DNA from: an uncultured bacterium
GTDB taxonomy: Bacteria; Krumholzibacteriota; Krumholzibacteriia; LZORAL124-64-63
Length of the DNA stretch: 64,000 bases
Reading direction: 5' to 3'
Assembly (NCBI GenBank): GCA_963732385.1
Contig: CAVSZB010000005.1
Coordinates: 369,922-433,921 of the forward strand
Shown piece by piece: positions 51,394 to 62,115 of this stretch; positions within the stretch are counted from its first letter, which is position 1, and the number at the start of each line of letters is the position of its first letter. A program made the translations under genes and the position numbers. Below the pieces are notes generated by a model. It did not search any database. It was not told where the DNA came from and saw only the letters and a program-made list of their open reading frames with translations.

Positions 51394-51491
51394 TCAGGCC
51401 TCCGGCCGCGAGGATGACGCGCCGGCGGACGCCCTGTCAACGCGCGTTGCGCGGACATCGTCGGCCCGCGCGCCGCAGGGCAGGAGGCTGG

Positions 51492-52559
51492 TCAATCGAA
51501 CCAGGCGGTCAGGGCGAGGCGGACAGTGCGTTGGCTGAGGTCGAGCGACCAGGAGCGCATTGTCCGCGAGTAACTCCCGGACCACTCCTCGTAGTGCTGA
51601 TCCGTGTAGATGAAATCGAACCCGTACTCGGCGCCGAGCGAAACGATCTCCGCCAGCCGCCACTCCACGCCGCACGAACCGACCAGCCCGACCCGCCAGG
51701 TGCGCCCCGTGTTGTCGTACCCCAGGAGCGGGCCGTAGCCGAGGAACAGTTCGGGGCCCTCGCCATCGGCGTAATAGCACAACCTCTGGGCGCGTCCCTC
51801 GAAGCGGAACACGCCGGACGACCAGTCGATGGACGTTTCCGGATCGTCATCGATCCGGAAGTTGCGGCTCCAGGAGTTGACGTACCCCGACACGTCGGCG
51901 GCGACCCGCCAGCCACGCGCGCCGTGGCGCCGCTTGACGGCGAGCGCGGCTCCGTCCGGCGCGCTCAGCACGAAGTTGCTGCCGACGGTGAACTCGAGAC
52001 CGGTGGCGAGACTGCTGTCCCGGGGGGCGGCGGGATCGGTCCGTTCGACCCGGACCGGGCCGAAGGGGTACAGAGTGGCCCAGGTCACCAGCGCCGGGTA
52101 CGCATTGATGTCCCTCTCATCCGGCACGTACGCCAGATGGACGGCAACGCGGTCGGTCCGCAGCGACAACATCGGCCCCGGCGCCATGAACAGTTCGCCG
52201 CCGTTGACAGACCGTGTGGAGCCGATGGCGACGCCGAGCCCCCCCTGCAGCGGTCCGACCAGCTTGTGCGTCCAGACGATGGAGCCACAGGTGCTCGTGT
52301 TGCGGAACGAATCGCGGAACACGGCGGCGTCCGCGAAGAACGTGTGGCTCGGTCCCCGGCGGATCACCCAGTCGAGCCCGCCGCCGAAGTTGGTCTCGTT
52401 GAACTCGTAGCCGTCGTCCGCCCGGCGGTCGAAGTGATAGGAGAGGCCGAAGAGATTCAGGCCGAGCCGACTCGCGGCGCCGGCCGGACGCGCGGCAAGC
52501 ACCGCCGCCAGAAGAACGAGGCCGAGCATGAGTGCGCCGGGACGTCGTATCAGCTTCAC
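51492..52559 (-). CDS. Outer membrane protein with two barrel domains (PagP-like N-terminal, OMP C-terminal)
   Basis: SYHFDR...FNETNFGGGL...FRDSF, then a second barrel paralogous to the upstream gene. Confidence 0.62.
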   Translation of the reverse strand: MKLIRRPGALMLGLVLLAAVLAARPAGAASRLGLNLFGLSYHFDRRADDGYEFNETNFGGGLDWVIRRGPSHTFFADAAVFRDSFRNTSTCGSIVWTHKLVGPLQGGLGVAIGSTRSVNGGELFMAPGPMLSLRTDRVAVHLAYVPDERDINAYPALVTWATLYPFGPVRVERTDPAAPRDSSLATGLEFTVGSNFVLSAPDGAALAVKRRHGARGWRVAADVSGYVNSWSRNFRIDDDPETSIDWSSGVFRFEGRAQRLCYYADGEGPELFLGYGPLLGYDNTGRTWRVGLVGSCGVEWRLAEIVSLGAEYGFDFIYTDQHYEEWSGSYSRTMRSWSLDLSQRTVRLALTAWFD

Positions 52560-52588
52560 AGTCACCCTCCACGGAATCCCGCCGTACC

Positions 52589-53278
52589 TCACCTGAACCA
52601 GGCGGTCAGACCGAGTCGCGCCTCGCGCGCATTAAGTTCGACATTGCGCTGCGTCTCTTGTGAATCGGACCAGTCTCCGTAGGCCACCTGGTGGCGCGTC
52701 CAGGCATACTCGAGAGCGACTCCGTACTCGCCGAGCAGCGAAAGTCCGTCGTTCGCCCGCCATTCGACCCCCACGACGCCGGTGACCCCCGCGCGCCAGG
52801 CGTTCTCGCGGACATACTCGGGATTACCGGAGGAAAACTCATAATCGCTGCGCGACAAGGTGTAGCCCGCGGTCGGGCCCACCGCCCAGTAATACCCCAG
52901 CGCGCGTCCGCGCGTCCGCTCATGCACCCGCAGCGCCGTAAGATTCACACCCGCCTGCCGACTGTCGATGGACTGCGTGTGGAACGTGTCAGGACGGTCG
53001 GCCCGAGAATCGGCCCGGCCCAACCACCCGGAAAGCCGGATCCCGAACCGCCACCCGCGCCCGTCCTCGCTTCGCGTGCGCCACGACAGGAGCGCGCCGT
53101 CGAATCCGGAGAGCTGAAAGTCATGGGCGATGAGGAACGTGAGACCCGCGGCGCGCGCCGGCTGAGCGGGCGATTCGGCGGCGGGCGCCTCGGCGAGGGC
53201 GACGCCGGCGAGTAACATCGCAAGTATGATGAGGGGCGCCGCGCGCCGGGCGGCGGGCGGAGCATGCGGGTGCGGCAT
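52589..53278 (-). CDS. Outer membrane beta-barrel protein
   Basis: GGAGGAGG RBS, signal peptide, GVVGVEW...LLGEYG, ends LGLTAWFR. Confidence 0.72.
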   Translation of the reverse strand: MPHPHAPPAARRAAPLIILAMLLAGVALAEAPAAESPAQPARAAGLTFLIAHDFQLSGFDGALLSWRTRSEDGRGWRFGIRLSGWLGRADSRADRPDTFHTQSIDSRQAGVNLTALRVHERTRGRALGYYWAVGPTAGYTLSRSDYEFSSGNPEYVRENAWRAGVTGVVGVEWRANDGLSLLGEYGVALEYAWTRHQVAYGDWSDSQETQRNVELNAREARLGLTAWFR

Positions 53279-53452
53279 TGCTGCCCTCCTCCACGAGAAT
53301 ACCGTCAGCCGTGAGCGGACGCACTTGCGAAGCGTGGGCCGGTGGGCGGAGAACGGCCGGCGAAGACGTGGCGTCTGGCCGGGGAGAGTAACAGAAGGGT
53401 TGGGGCCGAAAACCGGAAAGTTCGGCCGATAGGCAAGGGGCGTGGTGTTTGT

Positions 53453-54550
53453 TTACGCCTGCGTCGCGACCGGCAGCGGATTGTACAGCGTGTCGCGCCG
53501 CACCGGGGTCAGCCCCACGCCGCGGATGAACGCCTCGATCCCGGCAATGCTCATGCCGACCCCGGCGGTGCCGCCGGCCGCGAGCGTGACGCGTTCGTCG
53601 GTGACGGTGCCGTCGAGATCGTCGGCGCCGTAGCGCAGGGCGAGCTGGCCCGCCTCGCGGCCGAGCATCACCCAGTAGGCCTTCACGTGGGGGATGTTGT
53701 CGAGCAGCAGGCGCGACAGCGCGATCACCTTCAGCTTCTGGATGAGCGTGGGACCGGGCAGCTGCGCGAACTTCGTGTGCGCCGGGTGGAACGCCAGCGG
53801 GATGAAGCACTGGAAGCCGCCGGTCTCGTCCTGCTGGGCCCGCAGCTTCAGCAGGTGGTCGACCCAGTGCCGCGGCTCCTCGAGGTGGCCGAACAGCATC
53901 GTGCAGTTCGATTTCAGGCCCGAACGGTGCACGATCCCGGCCACTTCGAGCCACCTCTCGCCCGACATCTTGCGCGACGCGATCTGCCGGCGGATCTCGG
54001 GATGGAAGATCTCGGCGCCGCCGCCGGGGCAGGAATCGAGCCCGGCCTCGCGCAGCCGCGCGATCGTCTCTTCGATGGAGAGCTTCGCCAGCTTCGCCAG
54101 GAAGTCGATCTCGACCATCGTGAACGCCTTGAGGTGGACGGTCGGGAACGCCTGCTTCAGCGCGCGCAGGATGTCGAGGTAGCTATCGAATTTCCAGCGC
54201 GGGTGCAGCCCGCCAACGACGTGGAACTCCGTCACGTCGGGCGACCAGTCGCGGCGCGCCAGGTCGACGCACTCCTGCGGCGTGTACGACCAGGTGCCGG
54301 GAGCGCTGGGGTCGGCGGCGTAGGCGCACAGCTCGCAGCCGACGTGGCAGACGTTGGTCGGATTGATGTGACGATTGACGTTGTAGTAGACCCGGTCGCC
54401 GTGCCGCCGTTCGCGCACCTGATGCGCGAGCAGCCCGAGCAGCGGCAGGTCGTGGCTGGCGGCAAGGGCGAGGCCGTCGGCCTCGTCGAGACGCGCGCCG
54501 GCGTTCACCCTGGCGACAATTCCGGCGAGCGGGTGGTTGGCAGCAGGCAT
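53453..54550 (-). CDS. mqnE: Aminofutalosine synthase (radical SAM, futalosine menaquinone pathway)
   Basis: NRHINPTNVCHVGCELCAY, HVVGGLHP, HLKAFTMVEI, PGGGAEIF, NIPHVKAYWVM, GADDLDGTV. Confidence 0.88.
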   Translation of the reverse strand: MPAANHPLAGIVARVNAGARLDEADGLALAASHDLPLLGLLAHQVRERRHGDRVYYNVNRHINPTNVCHVGCELCAYAADPSAPGTWSYTPQECVDLARRDWSPDVTEFHVVGGLHPRWKFDSYLDILRALKQAFPTVHLKAFTMVEIDFLAKLAKLSIEETIARLREAGLDSCPGGGAEIFHPEIRRQIASRKMSGERWLEVAGIVHRSGLKSNCTMLFGHLEEPRHWVDHLLKLRAQQDETGGFQCFIPLAFHPAHTKFAQLPGPTLIQKLKVIALSRLLLDNIPHVKAYWVMLGREAGQLALRYGADDLDGTVTDERVTLAAGGTAGVGMSIAGIEAFIRGVGLTPVRRDTLYNPLPVATQA

Positions 54551-54755
54551 CGATCCAGCCGTTCATTCGGGACTGTGCCGGCCCGGGGCCGTGCCGGCCG
54601 GCCGACCGCGAGGGAACAGAATGCGCCCAAAGCGGGCAGGGGGCAAGCGGCGCGCCTGCCGGGCCCGACCCGGACCCAATCGCCTTGACGCTGCCCCGGT
54701 CCACCCACTATGTGGGTCGAACTTCCGGATTTCGCAACGCAGACAGGGGCACGAC

Positions 54756-55808
54756 ATGAGCCATTCCGCGCAACCGCGCACCATGATCACCGGCGGCGCC
54801 GGCTTCCTCGGCATCAACCTGGTGCGCTACCTGCTCGACCGGGGCCGCGCGGTCACCTCGCTTGACCTCGCGCCATTCGACTACCCCGAGCGCGACCGCG
54901 TGCGGGTCGTCACGGGCGACATCCGCGACCGCGGAGCGGTCGACGAAGCGCTGCGCGACGCCGACCTGGTCGTCCACTGCGCCGCGGCGCTGCCGCTCTA
55001 CAAGCCGGCCGATATCTTTTCCACCGACATCGACGGCACCCGCACGGTCATGGAGGCGGCGCTGGCCGCCGGCATCAACCGGGTCGTGCACGTCTCGTCG
55101 ACGGCGGTCTACGGCATCCCCGACCACCACCCGCTGCGCGAGGATGACCAACTGCACGGGGTCGGCCCGTACGGCATCGCCAAGGTGAAGGCCGAGGAGA
55201 TCTGCGCCGGCTTCCGGCAGCACGGCATGACGGTGCCGATCATCCGCCCCAAGTCGTTCATCGGGCCGGAGAGGCTCGGCGTCTTCGCGCTGTTCTACGA
55301 CTGGGCGAAAGACGGCCACGGCTTCCCGATGATCGGCAACGGCCACAACCGCTACCAGTTGTGCGACGTGGAAGATGTCTGCCAGGGGATCTGGCTCTGC
55401 GCCACGCTGCCGGCCGACCAGGTCGACGATGTGTTCAATATCGGCGCGCGCGAGTTCACCACCATGCGCGAGGACTACCAGGCGGTGCTCGACGTGGCCG
55501 GCTTCGGCCGGAAGATCGTCGGCTTCCCGGCCGCCCCGGTCATCGCCATGCTGCGCCTGCTGGAGGCGCTGCACCTGTCGCCGCTGTACAAGTGGGTCTA
55601 CGAAACCGCCTGCGAAGACTCGTTCGTGTCGATCGAGAAGGCGGAGCGGGTGCTCGGCTTCGCGCCGAAGCATTCCAACAAAGAGGCCCTCGTGCGCAAT
55701 TACCGCTGGTACCTCGAACACCTGAAGGAGTTCGCGGGCGCGAGCGGCATCTCGCACCGGGTGCCGTGGAAGCAGGGGATCCTGCGGTTCGTGAAGGTGT
55801 TCTTCTGA
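54756..55808 (+). CDS. NAD-dependent epimerase/dehydratase
   Basis: ITGGAGFLG, VHVSSTAVYG, YGIAK (YxxxK). Confidence 0.9.
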   Translation: MSHSAQPRTMITGGAGFLGINLVRYLLDRGRAVTSLDLAPFDYPERDRVRVVTGDIRDRGAVDEALRDADLVVHCAAALPLYKPADIFSTDIDGTRTVMEAALAAGINRVVHVSSTAVYGIPDHHPLREDDQLHGVGPYGIAKVKAEEICAGFRQHGMTVPIIRPKSFIGPERLGVFALFYDWAKDGHGFPMIGNGHNRYQLCDVEDVCQGIWLCATLPADQVDDVFNIGAREFTTMREDYQAVLDVAGFGRKIVGFPAAPVIAMLRLLEALHLSPLYKWVYETACEDSFVSIEKAERVLGFAPKHSNKEALVRNYRWYLEHLKEFAGASGISHRVPWKQGILRFVKVFF

Positions 55809-55820
55809 CCGCCCGGGCCG

Positions 55821-56213
55821 TCAGCGATCCTGCGCCCTGGCCCGCGCCACCAGCCTGAAACTCGGCAGCAGGGACATGTCGAACTGGCTCTTGCGCTTCT
55901 CGCGGACCTTGCGGATCTCCTCCACGCCCAGGCGCAGCCCGGCCAGCACGCTCGTGACCTCGATATCCTGGTAGAGGTAGCCGAAGTTGCGCAGCTTCTC
56001 GATCGCCGCGACCATCTTCACCTCCGCCTGCCCGTGCTTGTGCTCCACGAGCAGGGCATAGCCGACGCACGCCTCCTGCAGACCCGACCAGAACAGCGCG
56101 TCGCGGCCGGCGGGCGCCAGCAGTCCCCCCTCGCGCGCGGCGGCGGCCGCCTCCACGTAGCGACGACCGTTGAACTCGTTCACGGTCCGCTCCAGCAGTT
56201 CCTGCAGCGTCAT
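55821..56213 (-). CDS. DUF309-like protein
   Basis: EFNGRRYVEA...FWSGLQEACVGY pattern. Coupled to def. Confidence 0.6.
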   Translation of the reverse strand: MTLQELLERTVNEFNGRRYVEAAAAAREGGLLAPAGRDALFWSGLQEACVGYALLVEHKHGQAEVKMVAAIEKLRNFGYLYQDIEVTSVLAGLRLGVEEIRKVREKRKSQFDMSLLPSFRLVARARAQDR

Positions 56214-56359
56214 GCCTCCCCCTCTTCGGCGTCGTCCTCTTCCTCATCGTCGGATCCGGCGGAACTGTCCAGGTAGTGCTCCGCCTCGTCCTCGAAAGCC
56301 AGCAGCCGCGCGTCTTTCAGCCGGTCCGTGAACAACGTCCCGTCGAGATGGTCGATTTC
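56210..56359 (-). CDS. def: Peptide deformylase, C-terminal fragment only (cut at junction)
   Basis: EIDHLDGTLFTDRL is the second half of the QHEIDHLDG metal motif, followed by an acidic tail. Confidence 0.8.
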   Translation of the reverse strand, partial: EIDHLDGTLFTDRLKDARLLAFEDEAEHYLDSSAGSDDEEEDDAEEGEA

Positions 56360-57405
56360 ACCAGCCACGTGGCATTGGCCTGGCATTCCGACAGGAACAG
56401 TTTGTCTTCCTCGCGCGCCGCCGATTTCGATACCTGTGCCAGATACTGGTTGTTGAGCAGCACCCGCGGCAGCGTGTCGGTGTTGAGTTCGACGATCCAT
56501 GAGCCGTCGGGCGCCCCGCGCACGATCACATCCGGCACCACCGGCTGCACCGGCTCCGAACCGAAGGCATGGCCGGGCTTCGGGTTGAGGTGGCGCAGTT
56601 CGGCGATCATCTCCTTCAGGTCGTCGAGATCGACCCGGCAGATGGTCTTGAGGCCGGCATAGTCGCGCTTGGCCACAAGTTCGAGATTGTCGATCAGGGC
56701 GGCCATGGCGGGGTCGAAAGCGGTTCTGGTCCTGCAATTGCAGGCGCAGGCATTCCTTGAGATCACGGGCGAACACGCCGGCGGATCGAATTCCTGCAGC
56801 ACCTTCAGCACGCGCTCCACGTGCTGGATGTCGGTGCCCAGCATACGGCCACGCTGGCCGTGTCGGCGGTCAGGTAACCCGCCTCGTTGACCATGCCGAT
56901 CAGGTGCTGGCCGATCAGGCGGTCAGCGGGGTCTGAAATCGCCAGCGCCAGCTGGTCGGTCAGGTGCTCGGAAAGGGTCTCGGCCTTGCTCAAAGTCGCG
57001 GCAAATTCCATGCCGTCGGCATCCAGCGACAGGCCGCCGGACGAGCGCGTCGATGACCAGTTCGAATCCTGCGGCCCCATGGCGGCGCCAGCGGTGACCA
57101 CACCGGATTCCGCCACGCCGGGCGAGCCATACTCGGCCTCCGCCTCATAGCTGGCGATACGGTCTTCAGCCTGGCGCATCGGACGACAGTTCGCGCGCAC
57201 TGTCGGGGACTTCGGCCTCCGGCGCCTTGTGGATTTCGGATTTCTCGTCGCGCTCCAGCAGCGGATTGCGCTCAAGCTCGGTCTCGACGAAGGCCTGGAG
57301 TTCAAAATTCGACATCTGCAGCAGCTTGATGGCCTGCTGCAGCTGTGGCGTCATCACCAGGGACTGGCCCTGGCGGATCTCGATCGTTCGTTGTCCTAGT
57401 GCCAT
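56353..57405 (-). CDS. rpoN: RNA polymerase sigma-54, N-terminal two-thirds, frameshifted and cut at junction
   Basis: QSLVMTPQLQQAIKLLQMSNFEL...ELERNPLLE, LNPKPG...VVPDVIV, ANATWLVKS, spread over several frames. Confidence 0.9.
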
Positions 57406-57423
57406 GGGGTCTCTCCCATGGCC

Positions 57424-58277
57424 TTACATGGTGAAGTCGGCGCCCAGATAATAGCGCCGGACATCCGGATTGCTGACGATCTCATCGGGCGTGCCAACGG
57501 TCAGGACCTGGCCCTCATGGATGATGAGCGCCGTGTCGATGAGTTCGAGGGTTTCCCGGACGTTGTGATCCGTAATAAGCACCCCGATTCCCCCGAGCGG
57601 TGAGCTGTCGCACCAGCTTGCGAATATCACCGATCGCAATCGGGTCATTCGGCGAATGGCTCGTCGAGGAGCATGAACTGGGGGTTGGCGGCAAGGGCGC
57701 GGGCGATTTCCACGCGGCGACGCTCTCCGCCAGAGAGCGCAACAGCCGGCGAATGCCGGAGATGGGAGATTGTCGAACTCGTTTCCAACGAACCACGACA
57801 CACTGTCGCGCCGGGATCTGGGGTGTCTGTCAACTCGAGAACGGCACCAATATTTTCCTCCACGGTCAATCCGCGGAAGATCGAACTTTCCTGGGGCAGA
57901 TATCCAATTCCCAGCCGTGCCCGGCGATACATGGGCAGATGGGTGATATCGGCTCCATCGAGACTGATCGTGCCACTGTCGGCGGCAATCAGGCCGGTGA
58001 TCATGTAGAACACCGTCGTCTTGCCGGCGCCATTGGGTCCAAGCAGCCCCACGGCTTCACCGCGCCTGACCGAGAGTGATACACCGCGAACCACCCGCTG
58101 GCGCTTGTAGGATTTGAACAATCCCTCAACCACCAGGCCACCGGCAGCGGCATTCTCGAAGCTGGCTCCCGTCCGGTTCTGGTCTGGCGGAGTTTGGGTC
58201 CGCTGCGCAGGTATTCCGGCCGGTGCAGGCTTTCGGACGGTTTTCACGTCTTGATCACGCGCCAAGAGACTTTCCAC
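57424..58277 (-). CDS. lptB: LPS export ABC transporter ATPase (frameshifted)
   Basis: [50 protein letters not shown]. Confidence 0.92.
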
Positions 58278-58308
58278 CCAATAGCTTTAATTTTATCTAA
58301 ATCGCCGT

Positions 58309-58794
58309 TCAGTTCGGCAGGAAACTTCCCTTGACCCGGCCACCCAGCATCTCGACCTTGTTGGTATCGAGGTCGGCACGAAGCTCTGGCCCGGTCAGCA
58401 CCGTGGCGCCCTGAACCAGCTTCACATTGCCGCCCACCACCAGCTTGTTGGTTTTGGGGTTGATCTTGGCCCAGTCTCCGGTGATGGTTTCCTTCTTCGT
58501 CTTGATGATCACCGATCCTGTTGCCTCGAGGTTGGTGGCATCGGTCTTGCTCGTCCCGTCGGGTTGCTTCACTTCGTCGTAGTAAACCACCAGCTTGTCG
58601 CTCTTCAGGGTCACGTCGCCGCGCTTGGCGTTCACTGATCCGGTGAAGATCGCCTTCTTCTCGGCATCGATGATTTCCATCTTGTTGGCTTCGATGTCGG
58701 TCGGCTTCCCGGCGTTCTTGTCTTGCGCCAGGGCGGGCAGGCCCAGCAGGCAGAGTGCCAATGCGGCAGGTAGTGCAAGCCGTCGTGCGATCAT
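58309..58794 (-). CDS. lptA: LPS transport periplasmic protein
   Basis: Signal peptide, PTDIEANKME...AIFTGSVNAKRGD (OstA fold), synteny with lptB and lptC. Confidence 0.85.
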   Translation of the reverse strand: MIARRLALPAALALCLLGLPALAQDKNAGKPTDIEANKMEIIDAEKKAIFTGSVNAKRGDVTLKSDKLVVYYDEVKQPDGTSKTDATNLEATGSVIIKTKKETITGDWAKINPKTNKLVVGGNVKLVQGATVLTGPELRADLDTNKVEMLGGRVKGSFLPN

Positions 58795-59448
58795 CGGTGT
58801 CTGATCTCCTTTTTCCGCATCTGCGCGAAACCGCGCCTTTACGCCATTCAAGAACAGAATGCGGGCGCCGTCATCGGTTATTTGCAGGCCATTGGCCTTG
58901 ATCGTTCCGCCGCCCATGGTCACGTCCACCGGCACGTCCGAGGTCAGCGACTTTTGCTCCACCACGACATGGGCCTTGGCCATGCGGGCGACAAAGCGCG
59001 CGCCCTCGGTAATCGTCACATCGCCCGCAGATCCAGTTCCTTGATCTTGGTATCATAGAGCCCGGTCTGCGAGGTCAGCGCATAGGTCTTGCCATCCACC
59101 TTGCGGAACGAGGCGGCGATGGTTTCCAGATGCACCAGATTGGGCTTGTCCTTGTCCTGCCAGCCGCGCTTGGCGGTCACCCGTAAGGCTGGTTCTGCCG
59201 GTCAAGCCCCGAACAGGGTCGAAATCGCTGGCGGTGGAGAGGTCTGCATCGCCGGTGAAAGGTTCCTTGGTGCCGGTCGCCGGCATCAGCGCGGCAAAAA
59301 GCCCGGCTTGCACCAGAAACAGCACCACGGCACCAATACCGGCAGCGGCCGCCAGCCAGCTCAGCACCCGGGCCGTGAAGGCAAAGCGCAGGGCCTTGCG
59401 GGCATCCGCCGCCGCGGGCGTGCGGGCCGCGTCAGTGGGCGAAGACAT
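58791..59448 (-). CDS. lptC: LPS export protein LptC (frameshifted)
   Basis: N-terminal TM, LTSDVPVDV..GGTIKANGL, position between rnd and lptA. Confidence 0.75.
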
Positions 59449-60042
59449 CTTCCTCGGTCCACCCGGCGAGGTCGAGCATGGCGCGCGTCGGGATAAAATC
59501 GAAACAGGCCCTGGCAATGGCCGTGCGGCCTTCGCGCTCCAGCATCTGGTCGATGCGGGATTTCAGCTCATGCAGGTATATGACATCCTGCGCCGCATAT
59601 TGCTTCTGGGCATCGCTCAGCACATGGGCACCCCAGTCGGAACTCTGCTGCTGCTTGTTCAGTTCGATGCCAAGCAACTCCTTGATCAGGTCTTTGAGGC
59701 CATGCCGGTCGGTATAGGTGCGGGTCAGCTTGGAGCCGATCTTGGTGCAATAGAGCGGTGCTGTATCAACGCCCAGATATTGCTTCAGCACAGCCACATC
59801 GAAGCGGGCATAGTGGAAAATCTTGGTGATTGCCGGGTTGACCAGCAGCGCCTTGAGGTTCGGCGCGTCGTAGGATGAGCGGTCGAGCTGCACCAGATGG
59901 GCATTGCCATCACCGGAAGACAGCTGAACCAGGCACAGCTTGTCGCGGCGGGCCACCAGGCCCAGGGTCTCGGTGTCGATGGCGACCGAGGCCCCAAAGT
60001 CCAGTCCTGCGGGCAGATCGCCCTTGTAAGCTTGATGGCCAT
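59432..60042 (-). CDS. rnd: Ribonuclease D-like 3'-5' exonuclease (frameshift near 5' end)
   Basis: VAIDTETLGL, KIFHYARFD, QQSSDWGA, YAAQDV. Confidence 0.88.
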
Positions 60043-60073
60043 AGGGGATTCTGCCGTTATGTTCTCAGAAGAA

Positions 60074-60158
<85 letters not shown>

Positions 60159-60239
60159 ATTCCGGGGCGTCTCATAGAGGGGCCACCGTGGTGTTGTCAA
60201 CCATGGCGCTGCAGTGATCCTTTTTGCGGTTCCGAAACC

Positions 60240-60815
60240 TCACGGGAGCGGGCGCACTGGCGGCTTCCGGGCAACCACCAGAAATCCGTGACACGCTTCG
60301 CCGGGTGCTGGGGCGTAAAAATGGGACTCATTGACCGTGAGTTGCGAGATCAAGCCCTCCTCGACCAGTGTGACGAATGCAGCTCCCAGGCGTCCGGCAC
60401 TGCCCCAGGTACTCCGTTCGACATCGCAGACAAGAATTCCGTCCGGCTTTACTGCGGCCAGCAGGTTCGGCAGGGCACGGGCTTTCAGCAAGCCGGGACA
60501 AAACGCCCCCGCACAAACACAGAGATCGAAAAAACCTGCAGGAAAAGGCAGTGGCTGATAGAGATTTGCCCGCTTGAGCTCACGGTAGCAGCCTTTCTCG
60601 GCAGCCTGCGCCAACATGGCCTCGGAAATATCGGTGCCGTGGAGGGTGGTCATGCCTTTGGCAGCAAGGGCCCTGCCGACCAGCCCGGTTCCACAGGCGG
60701 CGTCGAGGATGACTGGCTGGATGGTGGTGCAATGGGTGGCGGCCAGTTCCGCAATCAGCACAGGCGTCAGGTAAGACGCGAACCTGTCGATTGAAATGTC
60801 AAAATTGCCGCCCAA
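60240..60815 (-). CDS. Class I SAM-dependent methyltransferase (5' end probably frameshifted)
   Basis: ILDAACGTGLVG, GTDISEAML. Confidence 0.78.
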   Translation of the reverse strand: MGGNFDISIDRFASYLTPVLIAELAATHCTTIQPVILDAACGTGLVGRALAAKGMTTLHGTDISEAMLAQAAEKGCYRELKRANLYQPLPFPAGFFDLCVCAGAFCPGLLKARALPNLLAAVKPDGILVCDVERSTWGSAGRLGAAFVTLVEEGLISQLTVNESHFYAPAPGEACHGFLVVARKPPVRPLP

Positions 60816-61134
60816 CTGTCATAGAGGCGCGCGCGCCGCGCCGGCACCTTGCAGTGCGGAAGTGCGATTGTAGAAATCCATGATTTCTGCATCGGTCGGT
60901 GCAGGCTGCCCGTCTTGCTGCTTGGCGTTTTCCTCATTCATGCCTGGCTTTCAGCTGATCTCCAAAGAGCTTCAATGTGGTTAACTTGCGACATGGTTCA
61001 GGACAGATCAGGTCGGTGCCCACAAACCCGGTTGCGCGATGGATTTTCGCAGTGGGACAGGAATTGTGCAATCCCTTTGCATCCCGAAACCGGCAGCGCT
61101 AAAACCCGCCCGTTAATCACAGGACACAAGGCCG

Positions 61135-62115
61135 TGACAGTGCAAAACTCGGAAAAGCTCATCACCATCATCGGCGGCTTGGGGTTCCTTGGCCGCCACA
61201 TCGTGCGGGCACTCGCCAAGCGCGGCTATCGCATCCGCGTTGCCTGCCGCAGGCCAGACCTGGCAGGCCACGTGCAGCCGCTGGGTGCGCCCGGCCAGAT
61301 CATGCCGGTGCAGGCCAATGTGCGCTACCCGGCCTCGCTCGCCGCCGCCTGCGATGGTGCCTATGCGGTGATCAACCTGACAGGCGTCCTCTTATCCGGC
61401 GGCGCCCAGAGCTTCGATGCGGTTCACGCCTTCGGTGCCGAAGCCTCCGCCAAGGCCGCCAAGGCGGCCAGGTCCCGCCTATATCCAGATGTCGGCCATT
61501 GGTGCCGATGAGGCTGGAACCTCGGAATATGCCAGGTCCAAGGCCGAGGGCGAGCGCCGTGCCAAGGCCGCCTTCCCCGGCACCATCGTGCTCGCGGCTC
61601 TCGTCCATCGTCTTTGGTCCGGAGGACGACTTCTTCAACCGCTTTGCGGCCCTGGCCCGCTTTACTCCCGTCCTGCCGCTGATCGGCGGCGGTGAAACGA
61701 AGTTCGCGCCGGTCTTCGTCGGCGACATTGCCGAAGCCGTGGCCCGTCTGGTCGACAAGGGCGAGCCGGATGGCAAGACCTATGAGCTGGGTGGTCCGGA
61801 AAGCCTGAGCTTCAAGCAGCTGATGCAGTTCACCTCGACACCATTGGCCGTGACCGTTTTCTGGTGCCGGTGCCCTGGGCCATTGCCCGGGTGCAGGCCA
61901 TGATCCTGGGTCTTCTGCCCAAGCCGTTGCTCACCACCGATCAGGTGGAACTGCTGAAGTCCGACAATGTGGTGAGCGAGGCCGCCCGCAAGGAACGCCG
62001 CACGCTGGAAGGCCTGGGCCTCAGCCCGCGCGGCATCGAGGGCATCGTGCCGTCATATCTCTACCGCTACCGCAAGGCCGGTCAGTTCACCGCGCCCAAG
62101 GGAATGCCCGAATAG
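61135..62115 (+). CDS. Complex I NDUFA9-like NAD(P)-binding SDR protein (several frameshifts)
   Basis: IIGGLGFLGRHIVRALAKRGYRIRVACRRP, IVFGPEDDFFNRFA, LLTTDQVELLKSDNVV across three frames. Confidence 0.85.

Noticed and set aside
56210..56776. 188-aa ORF as a novel sigma54-deformylase fusion protein
   Set aside because: It is an out-of-frame read-through across the chimeric junction.
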